From an uncultured Actinomycetes bacterium (GTDB taxonomy: Bacteria > Actinomycetota > UBA4738 > HRBIN12), in assembly GCA_963704725.1 (NCBI GenBank), contig OY969934.1:1408001-1472000 (forward strand): a stretch of DNA of 64,000 nucleotides. The letters run 5' to 3'. A program made the translations under genes and the position numbers. A model generated the notes under the pieces. It had not been told where the DNA came from. It saw only the letters and a list, made by a program, of their open reading frames with translations, and made no database searches. Below, in pieces: positions 56,975 through 64,000 of this stretch. The stretch's first letter is position 1. Every line of letters starts with the position of its first letter.

Positions 56975-58219
56975 ATGCGCACCACCACCACCACAGCATC
57001 CAGGAGCGCCGTCCGCCGGCTCGCCCTGGCCCGCCTGATCTCGCTCACGGGCGGCGCGGCCGCGTTCGCGGCGCTGAACTTCACGATCTACGACCGCACG
57101 CACTCGCCCGCCTGGCTCTCGGCCTCCCTGCTCCTGACGTTCGGGGTGGGCGGGCTGTTCGCACCGCTGGGAGGTGCCCTGGGCGACCGCTTCGACCGTC
57201 GACGCGTGATGATCGCCTCCGATCTCGCCGGGATGGTGTGCTTCGGAGCCATGGCGTTCGTCCGGGATCCGGGCGTGCTGCTCGCGATCGGGTTCGTCAC
57301 CGCGGTCGTCGAGTCGCCGTTCTGGTCGGCCTCGGCCGCGGCGATCCCCAACCTGGTCGCCGAGCAGGATCTGGCGTGGGCCAACGGTCTCGTCCAGATG
57401 GGCGGCAACGCCGGGATCATGCTCGGGCCCGCCATCGGAGGCGCGGTGCTCGCCGCCACAGGTCCGGGCCCGGTCTTCGCCGCCAACGCGGTCTCGTTCG
57501 CCATCTCCGCGGCCCTCGTCGCGACGGTGCACGGGCGCTTCTCCGAGGAGCCCGGCGCGCACGCCGACGAGCACCGCGGTCTGCGGGCCGGGTTCGTGTT
57601 CATCGCGCGGGACCGCGTGCTGCGCACGATCGTGCTGGCGTGGGTCGTGTTCGTCCTCGGCCTGGGCATGGTCATGGTGGCGGACGTCCCGCTCGCGGAG
57701 CTGTTCGGCACGGGCGCGACCGGCTACGGCCTGATCTTCGCGGCGTGGGGGGCCGGGTCGGTCCTCGGATCGCTCTCGGGCCGGTGGCTGAACGAGCGGA
57801 CCGAGCTTCCGGCCCTGGTGGTGGGCACCGTGGTGATCGCGGTCACGACCGCCGGCGTCTCGGTCTCGCCGTGGTTCGCACTCGTGCTCGGGCTCGTGCT
57901 GCTGGCCGGGATCGCCGACGCGTTGACGATGGTCGCCGAGACCGGGATCCAGCAGCGCCGCACGCCGGACGCCGTCCGCAGCCGCGTCTCGGCGGCGTCG
58001 GAGGCCGTGATCCACCTCGCGCTCGCGGGCGGATTCGTGCTCGGGGGGCCCGCGCTGCAGGCGCTCGGGCCGCGCGGCGTCTACGCGGTGGGTGGGGGCC
58101 TCGGGCTGGTCGGCGCGACGGTGCTGTTGCCGATCCTGCGCGGCGGCCGTCCCGGCGCGCCGGTGCCGGTTGCCGGCGAGCCCGCCCCGGCCGAGATGGT
58201 GCTCGAGGGGGTTTCGTGA
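56975..58219 (+). CDS. MFS transporter (DHA3/MefA-like)
   Basis: Motif A GALGDRFDRRRVM, AAIPNLV, QRRTPDAVRSRV. Confidence 0.9.
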   Translation: MRTTTTTASRSAVRRLALARLISLTGGAAAFAALNFTIYDRTHSPAWLSASLLLTFGVGGLFAPLGGALGDRFDRRRVMIASDLAGMVCFGAMAFVRDPGVLLAIGFVTAVVESPFWSASAAAIPNLVAEQDLAWANGLVQMGGNAGIMLGPAIGGAVLAATGPGPVFAANAVSFAISAALVATVHGRFSEEPGAHADEHRGLRAGFVFIARDRVLRTIVLAWVVFVLGLGMVMVADVPLAELFGTGATGYGLIFAAWGAGSVLGSLSGRWLNERTELPALVVGTVVIAVTTAGVSVSPWFALVLGLVLLAGIADALTMVAETGIQQRRTPDAVRSRVSAASEAVIHLALAGGFVLGGPALQALGPRGVYAVGGGLGLVGATVLLPILRGGRPGAPVPVAGEPAPAEMVLEGVS

Positions 58220-59457
58220 GCACTCGCCCCCGCACGGCCGTTCGCCGGCTCGCCGCCGGCCGCCTCATCTCGGTGACCGGCGGCGCGGCGGCCTACACGG
58301 CGCTGAACTTCACGGTGTGGAACGTGACCCGCTCCCCGTGGATGCAGTCGCTGTCGCTGCTGCTCACGTTTGGCGTCTCCGGGTTCCTGCAGCCGTTCGC
58401 CGGCGCGCTGGGGGATCGGTTCGACCGGCGCCGCGTGATGGTGCTGTCCGAGGGGATCGCGGCCGCGTTCTTCACGGCGATGGCCTTCGTCCACGACCCG
58501 GGGATCCTCATCGCGCTCGCGTTCGGGTCGGCGATCGCGGAGCTGCCGTTCCTCACCGCCTCCCGGGCCGCGATCCCGAACCTCGTGGAACGGCCCGAGG
58601 ACATCTCGTGGGCCAACAGCCTCCTGACGGTCGGCATCCACGCCGGCATCGCGGTGGGGCCGCTGATCGGCGGTGTCCTGCTCGGGCTGGCAGGGCCGCA
58701 GTGGGTCTTCGGGATCAACGCGATCTCGTTCGCCGTCTCGCTGCTGATCACGCTCACGGTGCACGGACGGTTCCAGCAGGATCGCGAGGCGAGCGAGGAG
58801 CACGGCGGCCTCGCGGCCGGGATCACGTTCCTGCGGCGCGACCCCGTGCTGCGGCGCCTGTCCGCGGCGTGGTTCGTGTTCGTCCTCGGGATGGGGATGA
58901 GCATGGTCGCCGACGCTCCCCTGGCGACGTCGTTCGGCGCGGGTGGGATGGGCTTCGGCCTCCTGATCGCCTGCTGGGGGGGCGGCTCGGTGCTCGGGTC
59001 CGCGGCGGGCCGCTGGATGAACGCCCGGACCGAGCCGGTGTGGCTCGTGATCGGCTCGTTCGGGATCGCGGCCACGGCCTTCGGCGTGGGGTTCGCGCCG
59101 GTGTTCCCGTTCGCGCTCGGGGCGCTGCTGGTGATGGGGATGTGCGACGGCCTCACGATCGTCTCGGAGAACAGCATCATGCAGCGCCGGACCCCGGACG
59201 CGGTGCGGAGCCGGACGATGGCCGCGTTCGAGGCCCTGCTCTCCATCGGGCTCGTGGTGGCGTACCTGGTCGCCGGACCCGTGCTCGGCGCCGTCGGCCC
59301 GCGGTGGATCTACCGGATCGGCGGGCTGTCCGCGGCGGCGGCGGCCATCATGCTGGTGCCGATGCTGCGGCTCCGGCGGGTGGAGGAGCAGGCACCTCCG
59401 GAGGTCGCCGTACCGGCTCCGGAGGCGACCGAGGTCGCGACCGAGCAGGTCTCGTGA
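58216..59457 (+). CDS. MFS transporter (DHA3/MefA-like), paralogue of the upstream gene
   Basis: Same motifs (RLISVTGG.AA, GALGDRFDRRRVM, QRRTPDAVRSR); GTGA overlap. Confidence 0.9.
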   Translation: MSTRPRTAVRRLAAGRLISVTGGAAAYTALNFTVWNVTRSPWMQSLSLLLTFGVSGFLQPFAGALGDRFDRRRVMVLSEGIAAAFFTAMAFVHDPGILIALAFGSAIAELPFLTASRAAIPNLVERPEDISWANSLLTVGIHAGIAVGPLIGGVLLGLAGPQWVFGINAISFAVSLLITLTVHGRFQQDREASEEHGGLAAGITFLRRDPVLRRLSAAWFVFVLGMGMSMVADAPLATSFGAGGMGFGLLIACWGGGSVLGSAAGRWMNARTEPVWLVIGSFGIAATAFGVGFAPVFPFALGALLVMGMCDGLTIVSENSIMQRRTPDAVRSRTMAAFEALLSIGLVVAYLVAGPVLGAVGPRWIYRIGGLSAAAAAIMLVPMLRLRRVEEQAPPEVAVPAPEATEVATEQVS

Positions 59458-59487
59458 CCACGCGCCGCAGGAGCTGAGCGCCACGGC

Positions 59488-59503
59488 TTGAACGGTCGTT
59501 CAA
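59488..59503. promoter_or_regulatory. Perfect palindrome, TetR-type operator candidate
   Basis: TTGAACG-GT-CGTTCAA, 22 nt before the GTG of the oxidoreductase. Confidence 0.55.
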
Positions 59504-59525
59504 ACCCGTGGTTCGATACGGGTCC

Positions 59526-61136
59526 GTGGCCTCGAACTCCTACAGCGCGATCGTGATCGGCGGCGGGCACAACGGGCTCGTCGCCGCGGCCTACCTGGCC
59601 AGGGCCGGGGCCCGCGTCGTCGTGTGCGAGGCCCGGCACAAGACCGGCGGGGCCGCCGCCACCGATCAGCCGTGGCCCGACTACCCCGAGTTCAAGGTCA
59701 CGACGCTCTCGTACGTCATGAGCCTGATGCCGGACACGATCCTTCGCGACCTCCGGCTCGAGCGGCACGGGTACCGGGTCCACCCCGTCGGGCCGTACGT
59801 CGTGCCCGTGTCAGACGGGCGGGTGCTCATCGAGTACGACGAGCCGGCCCGCAACCGCGAGCAGTTCGCCCGGTTCTCCAAGCGGGACGCCGACGCCCTC
59901 GAGCGCTGGGACGCGTGGATCGGCGGGTTGGCCGCGGTGCTGGGGCCGCTCCTCATGACGACGCCGCCGAGAGTGGGGTCGCGCCGGCCCGGCGACCTGT
60001 TCGATCAGCTCCGGCTGGCGTGGCGCGTCAAGGGCCTGAACGTGCGGACCGTGGGCGAGGTCACGCGACTGATGACGATGTCGATCGACGACCTGCTCCG
60101 GCGGTTCTTCGAGTCCGAGGAGGTCATCGCCACGATGTCGATCAACGGGCTGATCGGGACGTGGGCGGGGCCTCGGGAGCCGGGCACCGGGTACGTCATG
60201 GCCCACCACTCGATCGGCGACGTCGGCGACGGCACGCTCGGCTCGTGGGGCGTGCCCGAGGGCGGGATGGGCGCGGTCGCGGAGGCGCTCGAGCGGAGCG
60301 CGCGATCCTTCGGCGCCGAGATCCGGACGAACGCCCGAGTCGAGCGGGTGCTGATCCGGGACGGCCGCGCGATCGGCGTCGCCCTCGACGGTGGCGAGGA
60401 GCTCCGCGCGCCGATCGTGGTCACCGCGTGCCACCCTCAGATCACGTTCCTGCGGCAGATCGATCGCTCGGAGCTGCCGAGCGAGTTCGTCCACGACCTC
60501 GAGCACTGGTCGAGCCGCTCGGGCGTGGTGAAGATCAACCTGGCGATCTCGAAGCTCCCGGTGCTCGCCGCCGATCCCGAGTGGAAGGACTTCAGCGGCG
60601 GGTTCGAGATCGCGCCCTCGATCGAGGATCTCGAGCGTTCCTTCGAGGAGGCGAGGGCGGGTGTGCCGTCCACGTTCCCGTTCAGCGACGGCGTGATCCC
60701 CACGACGCTCGATCCGTCGCTCGCGCCGCCGGGAGCTCACATCGTCTCGCTGTTCACGCAGTGGGTGCCGCACACGTGGTCGCAGGAACCGCACCGCGAC
60801 GAGCTCGAGGCGTACGCCGACCGCGTGATCGCCGCGTACGAGGACGCGGCGCCGGGGTTCCGCGAGTCGATCGTGGCCCGCCAGGTGCTCGGCCCGCACG
60901 ACCTGGAGACCGAGTGGGGCCTGATCGGCGGGAACATCTTCCACGGCGAGCTCTCGGCCGACCAGCTCTTCCACATGCGCCCGGCGCCCGGGTACGCGGA
61001 CTACCGCACACCGATCGCCGGCCTGTACCAGTGCTCGAGCGCGACCCACGCCGGCGGAGGCGTCTGCGGCATCCCCGCCTACAACTGCGTGCGCGAGATC
61101 CGCCGCGACCGGGCACGTCGGAGGATCCGTCGATGA
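59526..61136 (+). CDS. FAD-dependent oxidoreductase, phytoene dehydrogenase/PYROXD2-like
   Basis: GGGHNGLVAAAYLA, PEGGMGAV, GGNIFHGEL, HAGGGVCG. Confidence 0.88.
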   Translation: MASNSYSAIVIGGGHNGLVAAAYLARAGARVVVCEARHKTGGAAATDQPWPDYPEFKVTTLSYVMSLMPDTILRDLRLERHGYRVHPVGPYVVPVSDGRVLIEYDEPARNREQFARFSKRDADALERWDAWIGGLAAVLGPLLMTTPPRVGSRRPGDLFDQLRLAWRVKGLNVRTVGEVTRLMTMSIDDLLRRFFESEEVIATMSINGLIGTWAGPREPGTGYVMAHHSIGDVGDGTLGSWGVPEGGMGAVAEALERSARSFGAEIRTNARVERVLIRDGRAIGVALDGGEELRAPIVVTACHPQITFLRQIDRSELPSEFVHDLEHWSSRSGVVKINLAISKLPVLAADPEWKDFSGGFEIAPSIEDLERSFEEARAGVPSTFPFSDGVIPTTLDPSLAPPGAHIVSLFTQWVPHTWSQEPHRDELEAYADRVIAAYEDAAPGFRESIVARQVLGPHDLETEWGLIGGNIFHGELSADQLFHMRPAPGYADYRTPIAGLYQCSSATHAGGGVCGIPAYNCVREIRRDRARRRIRR

Positions 61137-62278
61137 GGGAGCCCTACTCGTTCCGGTTCTACACGGCGTCGTGGTACCGCCGCTCGCCGTACTGGCAGCG
61201 GACGGTCGAGGCCGGCTGCACGAGCTGGGACCTCTACAACCACATGCTGATCCCGACGCTGTACGACGACGACGAGACCGAGTACTGGCACTTGCTGAAC
61301 CACGTCACGCTGTGGGACGTCGCGGTCGAGCGGCAGGTGGAGATCACCGGGCCCGACGCGGCGCGGTTCACCCAGCTCCTCACGTGCCGGGACCTCTCGC
61401 GCTGCGAGGTGTTGCAGTGCAAGTACGCGCCGATCATCGCGCCGAGCGGCGGCATCGTGAACGACCCGATCCTGCTCCGCCTGGGCGAGAACCACTTCTG
61501 GCTCTCGCTCGCCGACTCGGATGCGCTGCTGTACGCGCTCGGGGTGCAGGCGTTCGCCGGGCTCGACGTGCAGATCCACGAGCCGGACGTCTCGCCGCTC
61601 CAGGTCCAGGGACCGATGAGCACCGACGTGATCCGGGACCTGTTCGGCGAGCAGGTCTCGGGTATGCGCTACTACCGGTGCTGGGAGGGCGAGCTCGACG
61701 GCATCCCCGTCGTGGTGTCGAGGACGGGGTGGACCGGCGAGGTCGGCTACGAGATCTACCTGCGGGACGGTTCCCAGGGGGTCGACCTGTGGGACCGCGT
61801 GATGGAGGCCGGCCAGCCGTACCGGATCCGCCCCATCGCGCCGAGCGACCAGCGCCGCCTCGAGGCCGGGATCTTCAACTACGGCAACGACATGACGGTG
61901 CAGGACACGCCGTACCACGTCTCGGGGATGGAGCGGCTCGTCGAGCTCGATGCGGACTTCATCGGCAGGAACGCGCTCGCGCGGATCGCCGAGGAGGGCG
62001 TCGACCGCAAGCTCGTCGGCGTTGAGTTCGGCGGCGAGCCGTTCCGCATGTGGCTCGACGACTTCTGGCCGGTGGCCGCCGAGGGCAACGTCGTGGGCCG
62101 CCTCACGAGCGCGAGCCACTCGTTCCGCCTGAGGAAGAACCTCGGCTACGCCTGGGTGCCGATCGCCCTGGCCGAGCCGGGCCATGACCTCGAGCTCGTC
62201 TCCCCCGACGGACCCGTGGCGGCGGTCACGGCCGCGCTGCCGTTCTGGGATCCCGCCAAGGAGGTTCCGAAGGGCTGA
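61133..62278 (+). CDS. GcvT-family THF-dependent methyltransferase, DmdA-like
   Basis: YNHMLIP, LWDVAVERQVEITGPDA, NDPILLRL, SRTGWTGEVGYEIY, YGNDM. Confidence 0.85.
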   Translation: MREPYSFRFYTASWYRRSPYWQRTVEAGCTSWDLYNHMLIPTLYDDDETEYWHLLNHVTLWDVAVERQVEITGPDAARFTQLLTCRDLSRCEVLQCKYAPIIAPSGGIVNDPILLRLGENHFWLSLADSDALLYALGVQAFAGLDVQIHEPDVSPLQVQGPMSTDVIRDLFGEQVSGMRYYRCWEGELDGIPVVVSRTGWTGEVGYEIYLRDGSQGVDLWDRVMEAGQPYRIRPIAPSDQRRLEAGIFNYGNDMTVQDTPYHVSGMERLVELDADFIGRNALARIAEEGVDRKLVGVEFGGEPFRMWLDDFWPVAAEGNVVGRLTSASHSFRLRKNLGYAWVPIALAEPGHDLELVSPDGPVAAVTAALPFWDPAKEVPKG

Positions 62279-62323
62279 CGGCGGGCCGGTGCACGAGTCC
62301 CTCGCCTTCGGGATGATAGGGAC

Positions 62324-62866
62324 GTGGATTCCCTCGGAGGATCGCTCCTCATCGCCGGGCCCGGGCTGTGGGACCCCAACTTCCGTCGCACCGTGGTGCT
62401 GATCGGGCACCACGACGAGGAGGGGGCGGTCGGCGTGGTGCTGAACCGCGCCACCGAGGTCGAGGTGGCCACCGCGGCGCCCCCGCTGGCCGGGCTGGTG
62501 GGACCGGGGGAGCGGCTGTTCGTGGGCGGGCCGGTGCAGCCGCAGTCGGCCGTGGTCGTGGCCGACTTCGAGCACCCGGAGCGGGCCCAGGTCGTGGCGT
62601 TCGGGTCGATCGGCTTCCTCCCCGACGAGCTCGAGCCGGAGGACGTCGGAGAGCTCCGCAACGCCCGCGTGTTCGCGGGCTACGCCGGCTGGGGTCCCGG
62701 CCAGCTCGAGCAGGAGCTTGCGGAGGGCTCGTGGATCGTCGAGCCCGCCCGCCCCGACGACGTCTTCACGCCGGCCCCGGAGGAGCTGTGGAGCGAGGTC
62801 GTCCGGCGCAAGGGCCCGGAGTTCCGGCTCGTCGCCACGATGCCGCTCGACCCGTCGACGAACTGA
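62324..62866 (+). CDS. YqgE/AlgH family protein
   Basis: DPNFRRTVV, GVVLNR, GGPV, GYAGWGPGQLEQE. Confidence 0.93.
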   Translation: MDSLGGSLLIAGPGLWDPNFRRTVVLIGHHDEEGAVGVVLNRATEVEVATAAPPLAGLVGPGERLFVGGPVQPQSAVVVADFEHPERAQVVAFGSIGFLPDELEPEDVGELRNARVFAGYAGWGPGQLEQELAEGSWIVEPARPDDVFTPAPEELWSEVVRRKGPEFRLVATMPLDPSTN

Positions 62867-62872
62867 CCCGCC

Positions 62873-63100
62873 GTGACCTACGCGAACATCCTGGTGCGTC
62901 GAGCGGAGGGCGGTGTCGAGACCTTCGGGGACCTGGACGCCGCGCGGAAGGTCGCCCGCGACGGCGACGTCATCGTGAAGGCCCACCGAGGCGGACACGT
63001 CGAGTACGAGGCGGCCGTGAGCCGATCGGGCGGGCTCGTGTTCGTCGACCAGCCCCCGGGCTGGAAGCCCCGCATGCCGGTGTACCGCGGGCCCGGCTGA
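62873..63100 (+). CDS. Small hypothetical protein
   Basis: 75-aa ORF with high GC3 that fills the gap; no recognisable motif. Confidence 0.5.
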   Translation: MTYANILVRRAEGGVETFGDLDAARKVARDGDVIVKAHRGGHVEYEAAVSRSGGLVFVDQPPGWKPRMPVYRGPG

Positions 63101-63155
63101 CCGCCAGGACCCGGCGACTTAATGCATGTGCTGAGCATGAAGTAATGTGCTCCAC

Positions 63156-63383
63156 ATGAAGATGATCCAGATCCGAAACGTCCCCGACGACGTGCATCGG
63201 ACCCTGAAGATGCGCGCCGCCGCCAGCGGGCTCTCGCTGTCGGATTACCTCCTGCAGGAGATCGAGTCGAAGGCTCGGCGGCCGACGATCGAGGAGGTGC
63301 TGGCGCGGATCAAGGAGGCGGGATCGGTCCACCCGGCCGAGGACAGCGCGAGCGCGATCCGCTCGATCCGCGACGCCGAGTGA
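63156..63383 (+). CDS. vapB: FitA-like ribbon-helix-helix antitoxin (VapB)
   Basis: IQIRNVPDDVHRTLKMRAAASGLSLSDYL; overlaps the PIN toxin gene. Confidence 0.85.
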   Translation: MKMIQIRNVPDDVHRTLKMRAAASGLSLSDYLLQEIESKARRPTIEEVLARIKEAGSVHPAEDSASAIRSIRDAE

Positions 63384-63778
63384 TCGTCCTCGACGCATCC
63401 GCGGCGGTCGATCTCGTCCTCGATACCACCCCGCATTCGACCGAGGTGGCGGCGCATCTCCTGGAACACGCCGGCGAGGTTCACGCCCCGCACCTCCTCG
63501 ACGCGGAGGTGGGCCACGCGTTGCGTCGGTTCATGCTGCGTGATGCGATCGTGCCGGCGCGAGCCGAGCGAGCGGTCGAGTTCCTGCAGGATCTCGGCAT
63601 CATCCGGTACTCGCACGTGGGACTGCTCCCACGTGCGCTGAACCTGCGACGGAATCTCACCGTCTACGACGCCCTGTACGTTGCTCTCGCGGAGTTGCTC
63701 GAGGCTCCCCTCATGACGCGAGATGCGCGCCTCGCGCGATCGGCTCGCCGGCTCGTCGAGGTCGTCCTCATCCCATGA
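63380..63778 (+). CDS. vapC: PIN-domain toxin VapC
   Basis: IVLDASA, AEV, YDALYVALAE, TRDARL. Confidence 0.92.
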   Translation: MIVLDASAAVDLVLDTTPHSTEVAAHLLEHAGEVHAPHLLDAEVGHALRRFMLRDAIVPARAERAVEFLQDLGIIRYSHVGLLPRALNLRRNLTVYDALYVALAELLEAPLMTRDARLARSARRLVEVVLIP

Positions 63779-64000
63779 CCGAGTCCGTGGGCTTCGACCG
63801 CGCCGCGGAGTTCTACGACCGCAGCCGTTCGATCTCCGACGAGGCCATGGCGCGGACCGTGGAGATCCTCCGGGCCGAGCTCCGTGGCCGCGGGCGCGTC
63901 CTCGAGGTCGGCGCCGGACACCGGGCTGCTCACCATCCCCCTCCACCGCGCGGGCGTCGAGGTCGTCGCTCTCGACCTGTCGGCCCCCATGCTGGGCAAG
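63775..64000 (+). pseudogene. Class I SAM-dependent methyltransferase, 3' partial, with apparent +1 frameshift near 63919
   Basis: MTESVGFDRAAEFYDRSR..VLEVGAG continues as TGLLTIPL..VVALDLSAPML only in the +1 frame. Confidence 0.7.

Overview
A very GC-rich, gene-dense segment of an actinobacterial chromosome, mostly on the + strand. The core-genome backbone is rho (5' partial)-rpmE-DUF1385-DivIVA-like-prfA-prmC-tsaC-LMW phosphatase-rpiB-wecA, then a polyamine-type ABC importer, the complete atp operon (with a Rex-like box), murA, mnmA, ligA, gatCA...gatB and serA. Accessory blocks sit between these: a membrane protein/CPBP/SCP2/ADH/PrsW cluster, meaB plus an isobutyryl-CoA-mutase-type large subunit, a NiCoT-like permease with a Nur-like regulator, several tiny Zn-finger or unknown ORFs, a pabB-pabC fusion, etfBA, an orphan Rieske ferredoxin/reductase pair, tandem MFS paralogues, a PYROXD2-like oxidoreductase with a DmdA/GcvT-like protein, vapBC and a frameshifted methyltransferase. 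I saw no tRNA, rRNA, CRISPR array or mobile element. The two best leads are (1) a HEAT-repeat protein and an HD-GYP protein, coupled to ligA and a degenerate ApbE-like gene, that share a homologous N-terminal 'LYP' domain I cannot name, and (2) a structured 5' leader with a 21-aa uORF whose codons 3-6 form an anti-Shine-Dalgarno for the tandem MFS genes. All calls come from motif recognition by eye and reference motifs recalled from memory; no searches were run. Start codons were refined manually and are provisional.
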